From Bugula neritina (taxonomy: Eukaryota; Animalia; Bryozoa), in contig OZ037766.1 of the NCBI GenBank assembly GCA_964035545.1, forward strand, positions 33,507,923 through 33,571,922: DNA of 64,000 nucleotides, given 5' to 3'. The position numbers and the translations under genes are program-made. Below the pieces are notes generated by a model, which had not been told where the DNA came from, did not search any database, and saw nothing but the letters and a program-made list of their open reading frames with translations. This document shows positions 47,701-62,419 of the stretch, one piece after another; within the stretch, counting starts at the first letter, position 1; every line of letters begins with the position of its first letter.

Positions 47701-50700
47701 ATTGTCCAACTTTACACCCAATTGGTTGGTTGTCTAGTAGATGACCATGTGACCATCACACCAGTTACTGTAATAATAAAGTAGTTTATAATTATGTGGT
47801 ATTGCATATGATGAAAAACAATGAAATAAATATAAAAATCTAAATACAGCTCATTTATTACAACAGCAGTAGGAAAAGCCAAAAAAATGAGAAATGGAAA
47901 AATACAAAACAATCATATTTAATCTTGAAGATTAATCATTACTCAAATAAGTAGAAGAGTGTCATCATGCTCAATTAAGTTAAAATATGATTTGTTGAAA
48001 GAGCCATAACCTGATAAATGATAAAGCTTATAGCAAATATACCTGATTGTTACCAGCAAGCTAAACATAGTTACCAAGTGAGAACAAAATACTTCCCTAG
48101 TCTGGAGGCTGCTGAGTCACAATAAACTGATCAAACTATTCTTACTGATAGAGCAGACAATTTGAAAGTGTGAGCCTTTGAATATCCTAAAGAAAACAAC
48201 TACCTCATCATATTCCAAGAAACTGAGAGAAGACAACTACATAATGAAAATTTAGGAAAACAAAAGAAGACAACTTCGCAATGGAACTTCGGGAAAACAA
48301 GAGAAGACAACTACATGATGAAACTTTAGGAAAAGACAACTACATTAGGAACAAGCAGCAAGTTGAACGAATTCCTATTAGAAAAGTTGGCAGAGAATAA
48401 AATTATAACCTCACGTGAAACAGTATGGTACATTATTGATTATAACCAAAGATACACTATAGAATAAATACATCTACATACATATGTGGATTTAAATTTA
48501 TAGAATGTGGTTGAAAACCACAAGTTTTCTTTATAAATAACTAGAATAGTCAGAATGTGACACAACATTATAAACATCATAGTTTGGAATGTTTTACAAT
48601 ATTGGAGAAGATGTTAAATATTAGAAGAAATTATAAATCGGAAAACAACATCAGTAGATTAAAACACTGAAGGGAGCTAACCTAAAAAATACTGAGTAGA
48701 AACAAACAACAGCTTTCACACTGATGAGAAACTGTCAACAGTCTGAAATAGCAAAAGTGACAACTAAGAGCCACAGAGGCAGCATTATCTAAGGGACTTT
48801 CAACATGCATCACAAAACATGCTAAATAAACTGAAAGAAATGAATCAACATATTATAGACTGTTGAAACAAAAAAAATTAACTAAGCAGAATCGGAAGGA
48901 ACAGAATGCATGGGGAGGCAGCAGCAGCTGTTAACAGACAATATTAGTAGCTTGAATATGCACCAACTAATAGATATAGGAGTAATGGCCTAGTAATACT
49001 AGACATACTAGGTAAATTATGCATGCAGATCATATATAATAACGGTGGTAACCTTTTACTATACTGTAATCGGTGTTAGTAATGACAATAAATTATGCAT
49101 ATTATAATAATTACAAAATAAAATGCCTAACCCAAAATTTTAAAATGAAAGCCCGACTTCGTTTTCTTACCACAAGCAAACATAGCACTATGTAAACTTA
49201 TATTATTTAATAAGAGGTTTTCACACAGCTAGCAATAAATTGACAAAATAACAAATATGATTGAAGAGTGCTCATTTAGTTGGAATGAGGTTTGCTGCTA
49301 GCATTTACAGGAAACAGCTTAAACAACTTCGAAATCAAATAAATTGCTTATTGATGGTGTTCAACAGAGGTAATGACTTTATTAACAAGAAAGTAAAATC
49401 CTAAAATAAAATCCCAATAATGTGCTGATTTCTCATCTCTTCAGTCAAATTTTGTATTGACATTCAGACAAACAAGGATAAGATGCATATATTTTCACTT
49501 CTACTCAGCTCATATTCTCCTGGCTATATGTTCCAACACACTACTAAAAATTTAGACATGCGAAAGATTATAACCAGCTAACCTCACACTGCCAATAGAG
49601 TAGTATGCAGTTCACCTCAGTCTGAAAATAGCTCAGGTCAAGTAGAGATCAAACAACTCCAACTAATACCAAACCATCCAGAAGGAATATTATGAAGCAG
49701 CAATCAGTAACCTGTAAGTGAAACAAACCAGCACTGAGTCTGAGTCACTCAGGTTGCAGACGCATCTAAAGCAAATGAAGCTGTAAAGGTATATATATGG
49801 CATCTTTCCATATGGAGCTAGGGTAAGGTTGGCAAGAACTTTTACAATATGCTGTTTCAACTTTTATTAGAAACATGTTTGGCAATTATTGAATCAAATA
49901 AACAAATAAAACTCTTAAAACAAAATAAAATGACAGAAAAGCAGCCATGTGTTACAATAATGCTAATCAACAGTAGATTTCATAGCTAATAGGAGCAGAT
50001 ATAGGTCAACTGATTTTACTTCACAGCCGTGCACTGGAAGTTTTACTAATTCCAAGAGTTGGTAGTGAAGGTTAGACAACTTCAACTTAATGAAAGGAAA
50101 AGTGAATATTGTTGCAATAAGCAATTCACTTAGACACAAACCTGAACCGATGAAAACTTTCATTGAATCAAACACAGAGAGAAGACAACTTCTACATCGC
50201 ATCTCATGGATTTAAAACCAGTCTTGATAGCAAGGGAACTTTTATCTGCATGTGGTTGAACACGACTACAAAACAGACAATAAATATTCTAAACTACCTT
50301 AATATATAAAACATTTTATTTTAATTTGCTAATAGTAATTGTTTGCAGAGCTGCGATACTAGTCTACTGACTACAAGTGATTAACTTAAACAAATTCACA
50401 AGACTTGGAGTTAACAAGACTAAAATAATAAATAAACCACAACATTGTTACTACCACTTCAAACAGAAATAGATATACATGAATTATGGACATCAGTTAT
50501 CAAGAAGAATACAAGAAGCACAAGATAATTCTTCCAATACATCGTGTAAAACTAGTAAAATTGAAACCACAGAGAAAATTATTGTAAATAATAAATACCT
50601 AATTATAACCAAGATGGGGCTCACAGAACTGACCACAGTTGACTAGGTCACATCTTCCTGGTGTAGACCATATGTTCTCTAATGTGTGAATATCTGAGCT

Positions 50701-51803
50701 GCTCGCAGACATTCTAAAAAACAACACACATTTGACAAATTGAAGTTGTTGAATAAATGATGACAGACATGTATGAGACAAATTATAGACTGTAGAATCT
50801 AGAGTATGGGAAATTTGTATCATGATAAAATCAACTTAGTCTACAGAACCAGAAAAGACACTTCTTTGAATCAGAAACTTTTTCAGTTGAAACAACGTAA
50901 ACTGAATATTCCACTTTTTAATTTCAAGGAATGATTATGACTATAATATGAGTATGTAACTGAAATAAAGTCAAACAAATTGAATTATTGGGTAGGAGTT
51001 AAAATTTATTGCACAGTTATGGCTATTTTGAAAAGAAAAGCTGATTTCAATTATGAGCCACACAGTACAGAGCAGCAAATCAATGAATTAAAATCATAAG
51101 CTTGTACCTGTGGTGAGCAAAGCAACAGCCGCACTATTACAGAAAGGTCATTGTAAAATGTTAGTGTAAATATTTGTGCGAAGTTTAATACTCCTGCAGG
51201 GGGGTTGATATAGAATTACAAAAATTATGTCTAATGATCATATATCACAACAAAATACCGTAATTATTAAAACGGCATTATAATAATATATAAATTAACC
51301 ATCCCTTCAGTGTGGATAACAATTAATTAAGGCAAGCAGATAAAATCAAGCTGAAGACAGGTCTACTGTAAAATGAAAAATTTATAGAACGAAAATGAAA
51401 AAAAAACTGTAAACACTGAAATAAAAATAAAATATGATACAAGCAAAAATGGCTTGGCATATTATATAATTAATGGTACAGCAGCACCAATATTATGCCT
51501 AGACAAGAAATTATCCCAAAGGATAAATTTTCAATAAACTAAAGAAATGAGCACTGAGTCACTGCATCAACTATTAGCTAGAAAAACTTACATGGAACTA
51601 AAAGCAGTATAACAGCTAGGGTGCTAAAATGTATAGCTCACTATTTGTAGTATTACTAACATTATTATTCTTAGTATTGATTTTGTGGTTTAGCTCAACA
51701 AACCAGAGGAGAACAGGGTAGAATTGTTACCTTGAAATCAAGCCAATTTAAAGCCAAGCTAAATTGAGATTTATTATATAAGCCTTGCAGCTGCATTTCC
51801 TCA

Positions 51804-52200
51804 ATTGAGTGCTTTAAATATTTGTTTTTGGAAATTTTTTAAAAGTTCTTAAACTTGTTCATTGAGCTAAAACATATAAAACACTATAAATTAAGCTCAT
51901 GAATTACAACCATGTTCAGTACCAGTGAGATGCACAGAATAAAAAGTGTCTATCATTGAAACTGTAATTAAATCAAGTTTATGTTGATAATCGAATAAAA
52001 TTTGTTCAATTAAACAATTCATTTATAATTTTTATTATAAATCTTTAGTGAAAACATGTAACAAAGGGCAAAAAACTGGGTGAAATCATCCGCAACTACC
52101 CTCTGTAAACATATAATAATATGAGCCACGCCCCCTACCGATAAGTAGCATAATGGTGGACAACGCCCTAAAATCGCCGCTCTCATATCAATCATATCTG
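51804..52200. mobile_element. Right-half copy of the TIR element at 55201-56027
   Basis: Aligns by eye to 55634-56027 and ends ...CTCTCATATCAATCATATCTG followed by GGGTGAGG. Confidence 0.7.
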
Positions 52201-55200
52201 GGGTGAGGTTGACAAGAGCTTTTACAATAGGCTGTTTTAACTTTTATTAGAAACATATTTGGCAATTTTTGAATGAAATTAACAGCTACAACTTTTAAAA
52301 CAAAATAAAACGACAGAAAAACAGCCATGTGTTACGGTAGTGTTAATCAACAGTGGATTTCATAGCTAATAGGAGCAGATATAGGTCAACTGAGTTCACC
52401 TAACTGCCTAGCACTGGAAGTTTTACTAATTCCAAGTGTTGGTAGTGAAGGTTAGACAACACAAACTTAATGAAAGGAAGAGTAAATATTGTTGCAGTAA
52501 GCAATTAATTTAGACGCAAACCTGAACTGATGAAAAGTTTTGATGAATGAAACACAGAGAGAAGACAACTTCTACATGTCGGCTTGTGAGCATCTCACAG
52601 ATATAAAACTGGTCTTGATATCAAGGTATAGCTTCTATCTGCATGTGGTTAAACACAACTACAAAACAGACAAGAAATATTCTAAACTACCTCAATAAAT
52701 AAAACATTTTATTTTAATTAGCTAATATAGTAAATGTTTGCAGAGCTGGGATACTAGTCACAAGATGTCGAGTTAACAAGACTAAAATAATAAATAAAAC
52801 ATTACTTTTTCACTATTAAAGATGAAATAGATAAACATAAATTATGGACATCAGTTATAAAAAAGAATACAGAAAGTACAAGATAATTAATTCCTAATAT
52901 TCTGTTAAATTGGTAAAATCAAAAACACAGAGCTAATTATCATAAATAATAAATACCTAATTATAACCAAGATGGGGCTCTCAGAACTGACCACAGTTGG
53001 CTAGATCCTATCTTCCTGGTGTAGACCATATGTTCTCTAATGTGTGAATATCTGAGCTGCTTGGAGACATTCTAAAAAATGAACACATTCGATGAATTAA
53101 AATTGTTGAATAAATGATGACAAAACATGTATGAGACAACTTACAGACTGTAAAATCTAGAGTATTGGAAATTTACATGGTGATAAATTTTTATTATGAT
53201 AAAATCAGCATAGTCTACAGAACCAGGAGAGAAACTTCTTTGAATCAGAAACACAACTTGTTTTAGTTGAAGCAGCTTAAACTGAATATTCCACTTTAAC
53301 TTTTGAATTTCGATCCATGATTATGACCATGATGAGTATGTAACTGAAATAAAGTCAAACGAATTAAATCATTGGGCAACAGTTAAACTTTATTATACTG
53401 GTAAGGCTGTAGTGAAAAAAATTAAAACATGTGATTTCAATTATACTATTATTCTCAGTATTGATTTTGTATAGTTCAGTTCAACAGACCAGAGAAGAAC
53501 AGGGTAGAAGTTGTGTTGAAATTAAGCTAATTTGAAGCTAAGCTAAATTGAAATTCATTATACGCCTTGCAGTTGTATTAACTCAAATGACTGCAGAATC
53601 AAATTGATAAAAAATGAGTGGCAGCTTATAAATTGAATAAAATATTCAATTTGAATTCTAAGCCTATGAATGAATACAGATTAACAAACAGTTTACTAAA
53701 GACGGTACAAAATTATTAAATGACGTGCTAAATAAAGGATTACTTTGGTAAGATGACCAAACAGTTTCAGTTGCTGGACCAGTCAGTTTGAAGGGCAACT
53801 TAGTAACGACAGTGCAGAAATTGGCAGAAATTGAACAGGTGAGCTAGAAAAACTGCTTGTTCGAGAAGCTATTCAGGTAAATGATGAAAATAAATGTTGC
53901 AACTTGTGATTTGACTTTTGGAACTTTTATGGAGCTTCATCATCCTTCTAACCATTCACCATTAAATCACTAATTTCTCTTATCGTATGCAACTAGATAT
54001 TAGCATGAGGTTAGGGACCTAAAGAAAAAGGACAGGGCTGTGCATGCACTTGCTTAGTCCTAACTCTGACTACTGGTTGCAGGTAAACATTCAACTACTT
54101 GTTTGAAATGTGTTGGGGGAGGTCATGGTCATGAATTACTAGACATTCTGTATAGCATTAAGTTTACTATAATATGTGTATACTGTCACTGTATGCCTGA
54201 TGAAATAACTTTTATGGACATCGATTTTAAATAGCAGGAATTTGGGATAAGGTAACTTTAGAAAATAAAGATTTAAAATAAAACATACCACGGACAGATC
54301 AAGATGAGGCTTACAGGGATAGGAAGAATAACACACAGAGAAAAAGAGTACAGGTTGCTGTTCCTCTGCCCATTCTGTAATACAAAAAAATAGTAAATAA
54401 ACTTGTTCAAAATACACTAGAAAAAAGGAAGCAATAGAAACATAACCTGTAGAGTTTTTTCTATCAAATTGACAAATTTACTAGTAAATTCCAAGCATTC
54501 AGAAAACACTCAACACTATGTTAACTCTGTAGAAGTATATATTATATCTAAAGTTTCTAAGTGGTTAAATGATTGAACCAACATCAAAACTTTCTACCCA
54601 TATATAATACAGATGTGTGATATAAATAGGAAATCTAGTAATGTAATGAGTCTTGTGAAACAGTATAAATTTACAGCTCTAAAACCCACGTCGCAAACCA
54701 ACAATTGAAAGAATCAAGACAGAAATTTACAATAAAAGTAGCTTTAAAACAATAAAATTTAGTTGAAGCATGAAACACCAGTTTTAGAGAATATAGAAAA
54801 TAAGTATATTGTATAATGCATACTACGAGAGACTTTGACAAAATTACGCTGTACATGCCACAGTTAGCCCTAATTTGCTAATAATTCAAAAATGCAACAT
54901 CCAGCAGCATGACTGAAACTGAAAACTTGGACATGCGAAAGTAATAACCGGCTAACCTCACACTGCAAATAGAGTAGTATGCAGTTCACCTCAGTCTGAA
55001 AATAGTTCAGGTCAAGCAAAGATCAAACAACTCCAACTAATACCAAACCAACCAGAAGGAATATTATGAAGCAGCAATCAGTAACCTGTAAGTGAAACAA
55101 ACCAACACTGGGTTTGAGCCAGAAAAGTTTCAGACATATCTAAAACAAATAAAGTTGCAAAGATATGTAAATGATATCTTCATACGAAGCTAGGGTGGGG

Positions 55201-56027
55201 CAAAGGTGATCTATATGAGAGTGGCGACTTTAGGGAATCATGGGGACATCATTATGCAGAATTCTGAGCTGCGAGTTTATATAAGTTAAAAAGGGAAAAT
55301 TTTGTCACTTTTTTATTTCATTATTATTTCTATTTTATGTGTACATTTTTAATTTTACTTATTGCTATAGTTTTTAAACACATTCTTTATGCATATAAAA
55401 TTAAAAGCAAGTTTAAAACTCGCTCACTAATAATTATGCACGTGTAGCTTAATATATTGACAATAGAAAGCCCAAAGTTATTCAATTTAATTTTAAATAG
55501 CATGATTCTTAGGATGAGGAAATTTATTTGAATTAAATTCTTAAAAATTATCATTATTTGAACTATTTTAAAAAGTTTTATCTAATACTAAGCTCACACC
55601 TTTTAAGCCATAAAAACAATCATTAAATAATTCATTGAGTGCTTTAAATATTTTTTTTGTTTTTGGAATTTTTTTAAAAGTTCTTAAACTTGTTTTTTGA
55701 GTTAAAACATATAAAACACTATAAATTAAGCTGATGAATTACAACCGTGTTCAGTGCCAGTAAGCTGCACAGAATAAAACGTGTCCATGATTGAAACTGT
55801 AATTAAATCAAGTTTCTGTTGATAATCAAATAAAAATTGTTGAATTCATTATAATTTTTATCATAAATCTTTAGGGAAAACATGCAAAACAGGACCAAAA
55901 ACTCAGTGAAATTATCACGCAACAATCCACTGTAATTATATAATAATATGAGGCACACCTCCTACCAATAAGTAGCATAATGGTAGACAACGCCCTAAAA
56001 TTGCCACTCTCATATTGATCATCTCAG
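55201..56027. mobile_element. About 830-bp non-autonomous TIR DNA transposon with an 8-bp TSD (hAT- or P-like)
   Basis: TIRs of about 35 bp: CAAAGGTGATCTATATGAGAGTGGCGACTTTAGGG and CCCTAAAATTGCCACTCTCATATTGATCATCTCAG. Decayed TSD GGGTGGGG/GGCTGAGG. Paralogous empty sites GCTA-GGGTAAGG-TTGG lie near 43064 and 49817. Confidence 0.8.
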
Positions 56028-59000
56028 GGCTGAGGCTGACAAGAGCTTTTACAATAGGCTGTTTTAACTTTTATTAGAAACATGTTTGGCAATTTTTGAA
56101 TGATATTAACAGCTACAACTTTTAAAACAAAATAAAACCACAGAAAAGCAGCTATGTGTTACGGTAGTGTTAATCAACAGTGGATTTCATAGCTAATAGG
56201 AGCAGATATAGGTCAACTGAGTTCACCTAACTGCCTAGCACTGGAAGTTTTACTAATTCCAAGGGTTGGTAGTAAAGGTTAGACAACTTTAACTTAATGA
56301 AAGGAAGAGTTAATATTGTTGCAATAAGCAATTCATTTAAACACACACCTGAACGGATGAAAAGTTTTGTTGAATCAAACACAGAGAAAACAACTTCTAC
56401 ATGTCGGCTTGTGAGCATCTCATGGATATAAAACGGGTCTTGATGGCAAGGTGACTTCTATCTGCATGTGGTTAAACACAACTACAAAACAGACAATAAA
56501 TTTTCTAAAATACCTTGATATATAAAACATTTCATTTTAATTTGCTAATAGTAAATGTTTGCAGATCGAGCTGATTAACTTGAACAATTCCACGGGACTT
56601 GGAGTTAACAAGACTAAAATTATGAATAAAAGATAACATTTTTACTACTTCAAACAGAAATAGATAAACATGAATTATGGACATTAGAATACAAGAAGTA
56701 CAAAATAATGATTTGCCTAACATCATTTAAAATTGGTAAAATTGAAAACGGAGAGAATTATCGTAAATAATAAATACCTAATTATAACCAACATGGGGCT
56801 CTCAAAACTGACCACAGTTGGCTAGGTCCTATCTTCCTGGTGAAAACCATATGTTCTCTAATGTGTGAATATCTGAGCTGCTCGGAGTGATTCTAAAAAA
56901 AAACAAAACACATTTGATAAATTAAAATTGTTGAATAAATGATGACAGATACATATGAGACATCTCATAGGTTCTAAAATCTAGAGTATTGAAAATTGTA
57001 TCATGATAGAATCAACATAGTCTACAGAACCAGGAAAGAAACTTCTTTGAACAAGAAATATAACTTGTTTTTTTATAGTTACAGCAGTTTAAACTGAATT
57101 TATTCCACTTAAACTTTTTAATTTCGAACCATGATTATGACCATGATGAGTATGTAACTAAAATAAAGTCAAACAAAATAAATCATTCAGCATAAGTTGA
57201 ACGTTACTATAGCGAGAAAAAAATTAAAATATTAGATTTCAATTATACTATTATTCTTAGTATTGATCTTGTAGTTCAGTTCAACAGACCAGAGTAGAAC
57301 AGGGTAAAAGTTACGTCAAAGTCAAGCCAATTTGAAGCTAAGCTAAATTGAAATTTATTATAACTATAATTATAAGCCTTGCAGTTGCATTTACTCAAAT
57401 GACTGCAGTATCAAATTGACTAGAAATGGGTAGCAGTCTATCAATTAAATAAAATATGCAATGTGAAATCCAAGCCTATGAATAAATACAGATCAACAAT
57501 CAGTAAACTAAAAGATAACGTTGATAAAAAGTTATTAAATGACATGCTAAACAAAGGTTTACCTTGGTAAGATGACCAAACAATTTCAGTTGCACGACCA
57601 TTCACTATGAAGAGTAACTTACTATAATGACCGTGCAGCAGACGTGCTCAGTGATCCGTAACCAATCATTGCTCAGTCGTCTGTAACTGACCACGTGATT
57701 ATTGGGGCATGCGCTATATCTCATGACTCACTTCCAATGGTGTTACCATTGAACTATAACTATAAGGTTATTGTTTCAGTTCAGTGGGTGTTACCAAATC
57801 AGCGATTTGTATGCAGCAAAAAGATCAATACTAATTTTAGTGCCTCAGATTCTATGGGGCCTCAAGTTTCAGAATATAATGAAGGGAAAACAGAGATGTA
57901 GCAATCAAATACTTTTAAAAATTTGTCCTCTTTATGCAGCATTATCAATCATGTTTAGGGCAAAATAAACAGGAAAAGATATCACTATGCTAAATTAACC
58001 ATCAAGAAAAGAAACACAAATTAATGACCCAAAAAAACACAAAGAAATTGAACAGGTGAGCTGAAGAAACTGTTGTTTAATTCTAAAAGCTATTCAGGTA
58101 AATGATGAAAATGAGTGTTGCAACTTGGAATTTGACTTTTGCAATTTTTATGGAGCTTCATCGTCCTTCTAACCATTCACCATTAAATCACTAATTTCTG
58201 TTATTGAATGCAACTTATAGATATTAGCATGAGGTTAGGGACCTAAAGAAAGAGGCCAGGGCTGTGCATGCACTTGCTTACTCCCAACTTTGACTACTGG
58301 TTGCAGGTAAACATTCAACTAGTTGTTTGAAATAAGTTGGGACAGGTCACGGTCACGAATTACTAGACAATCTGTACAGCATTAAGTTTATTATAAGATG
58401 TGTGTACTGTTACTGCCTGATAAAATAACATTAATCCATAATTTTAAATAGCATGATATTTAGGATTAGGGAATTTTTCGCTTATATAAAGCAATCTCAT
58501 ATTTCTAAACACTTGTAATTCTCAATAATTTAAACAGATGTTGAAAATACATCAAACTTGAATATTGTTAAATAATAGTAAGAGAAGAAGAGGCTATGAT
58601 ATAACAACAGAGAGCGAAGAAAGGACTAGAAAACAAAGGTTTAAAATAATACATACCAAGAGCAGATAGAGATGAGGCTTACCGAGATGAAAAGAATAAC
58701 ACAGAGAGAAAAAGAGTACAGGTTGCTGTTCCTCTGCCCATCCTGTAACACAAAAAGTAGTAAATAAACTTGTTCAAAATACAATAGAAAGAAGGAAGCA
58801 TGAATTATGGCAATAGAAACCTAACCTGTATAATTTTTTCCTCCAAACTGACAAATTAATAAGTAGATTCCAAGCATTCAGAAAACACTCAACACTATGT
58901 TAACACTGTAGAAGTATATATTATATATAAAGTTTCTAACTGGTTAAATGATCGAACCGACATCCACATTCTCTACTCATGCATATGATACAGATGTATG

Positions 59001-61109
59001 ATATAAGTTATAGGAAATCTAGTAACGTAATGAGTCTTGTGAAACAACTTACACAGAAGTAAAATACTATATCAGTTTAACTTGAGTTCAAATATAATTA
59101 GTAATTTTTGAAAATACAACTTGATGAAAAGTTTGAAACTATTTACTTGTTGAATTGTGATTAAATGAAAATTTGTGAACAATTCTATAGATAAATAGCT
59201 TCATCAAGGAGACATGTTATACTTAATAAGAATTACCTCCATATATAGCTCTTACAGCTGACACATGCCAAGAATAATCTAGAATGACTTTGTCCAACTT
59301 TACACCCAATTGGTTGGCTGTCAAGTAGCTGACCATGTGACCATCACACCAGTTGCTGTAAGAGTAAAGTAGTCTATAATTATGTGGTATTGCATATGAT
59401 GAAAAACAATGAAATAAACATAAAATTATAAATTTATACAGCTCATTTATTACAACAGCAGTAGAAAAAGCAAAAAAAAAGAAATGGAGAAATACAAAAA
59501 AATCAAATTTAATCTTGAAGATTAATCATTACTCAAATAAATAGAAGAGTGTCATCATGCTTAATTAAGTTGAAATATGATTTGTTGAAAGAGCCATAAC
59601 CTAATAAATAATAAAGCTAGCAAATATACCTCATTGTTACCAGCAAGCTGAAAATAGTTACCAAGTAAGAACAAAATACTTCCCTAGTCTGAAGGCTGCA
59701 GAGTCACAATAAACTGATCAAACTATTCTTGCTGACAGAGCAGACAATTTGAAAGTGTGAGCCTTTGAATATCCTAGAGAAGACAACTACCTCATCATAT
59801 TCCAAGAAATTGAGAGAAGACAATTATATAATGGAACTGTAAGAAAATAGGAGAAGACAACTACATTATGAAAGTTTAGGAAAACAAAAGAAGATAACTT
59901 CATAATGGAACTTCAAGAAAACAAGAGAAGACAACTACATTAAGAGCAAGCAGCAAGCTGAACAAATCTCTATTAGCAGAGTTGGTTGATAATAAAATTA
60001 TAACATCACGTGAAACAATATGGTGCATTATTGATTATAATCAAAAACACACAACAGAATGGATATGTAATTATACAGGGGTGTAAATGATATTTAGAAA
60101 AGACTGCAAATTTCCTCTACAAATAACTAGAATATTCAAAATGTGAATCAGAAACTTAAACAGATGGAAAATTTGTAATGTTTTACAATAATATTAGAGA
60201 ATTTGCGAAATGGGGTTTGAGGTTTGAACTGAAAAACTGAAGAGAACTAACATAAAAATACTTAGAAGAAACAAACAAAAGCTTTTACACAAATCTGAGA
60301 AACCGGGAACAGACAGAAATGGCAAAAGTGAAGCAGAGTGAAGTGAAGACAACAGTCATAAAAGCATTCTACTGCCTGCATGTGTTACTAATCTGAATTC
60401 AGCAGATGAAGTGTTATATTAGGATCATAATTGACTTTGTAAACACTATTCATAAAATACAGTAGATTACAAGAAGCAGGCCGTAATGGTGAAACTGATT
60501 GCCTCGAAATATTGAGTAGTGATTTAAAAAAATCAACTTTGGCAAAATCTGAGCATGATCATGGTGTTTAAACGGTATGAAAATACTTAATAGGGGATGA
60601 GGGAATAAATTGCCAAAACTCAAAATGAGTGAATCATAATACATGCAAATTAAATGATTTTGAACTGAAAATGAGCTCAAACTGAGTAACTTAAATGAAT
60701 GAAAAATAGGAACAAATTACCATTCTAATATAACATAAACTTGAGTATGAAAATACAAAACAGATTATATTTCTATATTACCATTACCTGTTTGTCACTA
60801 GTATAAAAACAAACAAAACTAATGGAGTAAAATTTTTACTTTATTCATAATATCAATTTGAATGATGAATATAAATTTTCGTAGTCATATAGTGATGGTA
60901 AAAAAGTAAAATAGTAGTGATTATAACAATGAATATCAATATGCATAAAACCCCATTTCCAAGAGACTAGAACAAGTACTAAAACTAGACGAACGAAATA
61001 CAAATAAAAACACCCAACTTGAAATAACATTTCATTACAATTATGCCTCATGGTCATAGTCATGCGTATAAGTTACCAGAGTTATGGGAAAATAAAACAA
61101 AAAGGGAGA

Positions 61110-61500
61110 CTGGAAGAGAATGAAAATGAGAATAATAATCAATAACATAATTTAAATTATTATCATAATGATAATCATTAGGCATTGCAGTTATGATTAT
61201 AATTATTAAAGTATAATAATAGTTGACATTATAATCATTATCGACTTTTGTTACCTAGGACTATCAATATCATATTGATAATTATTCTGATAATCAAAAC
61301 AAAAATGACAACTATAACTATTAATATTACTGTTAGTGTTAGTGCAAGTAAATTGAAGTATTTGAGTTAGTAATAGTAATAAGATACTAAAACTACTAAC
61401 AATAGTCGAGTGAGCTACTATTACTCTAATACTAATAGCATTACCCAAGACTTAGTATTGCTATTACTAACATAATCATAATGATGAAGTTAATCATAAA
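61110..61500. repeat. Cryptic 3/6-bp periodic low-complexity tract
   Basis: Same style as the tracts at 28750 and 33200. Confidence 0.65.
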
Positions 61501-61735
61501 ATGAAAGCGATCAAAATTAAATCCAATGAGCCGGGTCTTGAAATTTAATTGAATTAGCAGTTAATACAAACATATTACGGCGACAGGGTTAACAATTTTC
61601 TAAACAGAACTTGCAGAAGAGATCAATGTAGGTTCAGCCGAATGAATGATGACTGGCAATCCAATTAGAACCACGATTGAACATGTGGCTGTTACGTCAT
61701 GTATCGTAATGCATGACTGGCCGTGCGCAAGTTTA

Positions 61736-62419
61736 ACCCCCTATTCACACTTACCGTACCGTACGCCGTAACAGCAAATTTTAGCAATTTTTGTTAACAT
61801 CCGGGATAAATCGTACTCCGGTTTACGTTGCGGCGTTGATCAAGCAGTGCTTGATTCAAAAAATCACGGCGGGCTCCTATTGGGTAGAGTTGATCTGGTA
61901 CTAAAATTAAAGAACATTTTCGCTAGTTTATTTTAATCGCTTATTTTTGATTTAATTTAATCAATTCAAAAGTTTTAAAAGATTAAAAAATCTTTATCCG
62001 GCTTGTTTGAATTAAACTTAGCTTAAAAATCTAGCTTTCCCTAATTACAAAATCAAGCAAAACAAAAACTTAAAAATGATTTGGACGGCTTAAATATTCA
62101 TTATTTAAATTAGTTTGCACAATTATTTTAAAAACGAATATATTTAAAAAAAAGATTCTTTTCATGTAATTGCTTTTATTTAGTAAATAGCATTTATATA
62201 ACATCTTTTGATAAGAATGTTGCGAATAAGTTGTAAATAATATTCAAAGGCGTTCAAATCACCGCAGACAAGAGTTGGCTTTATTACGATTGGTCACAGC
62301 TCACCGTCATGCATTGTACTTTTACGGCAATGTGTGAACACCCGTTGACAAAATGCAACAGCGTCGCCATTTTATTTTTGCTGTTACGGCGTACGATACG
62401 GTAAGTGTGAATGAGGGGT
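61736..62419. mobile_element. About 684-bp MITE with TIRs of about 43 bp, probably PIF/Harbinger-like
   Basis: Left end ACCCCCTATTCACACTTACCGTACCGTACGCCGTAACAGCAAA versus right end TTTGCTGTTACGGCGTACGATACGGTAAGTGTGAATGAGGGGT, with an AT-rich non-coding interior. The flanks TTA/ATA give only an imperfect 3-bp TSD, so the superfamily is tentative. Confidence 0.8.

Larger units (their letters stand above)
41600..60330. repeat. Subtelomeric mosaic of direct segmental duplications (3-4 partial copies of a multi-kb unit)
   Basis: Near-identical pairs: 43590-45327 with 50137-51358, and 45325-46927 with 53326-54914 (identical 61-aa ORFs at 46684 and 54671). More diverged pairs: 46932-48760 with 58491-60330, 52200-54200 with 56030-58430, and 42400-42760 with 47645-48010 and 59230-59600. 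Confidence 0.9.

Noticed and set aside
46152-56726. Duplicated minus-strand ORFs (46152/54139, 46684/54671, 49963/56227) as conserved proteins
   Set aside because: Identity reflects recent DNA duplication; the composition is that of T-rich intron-like sequence with no recognisable domain.
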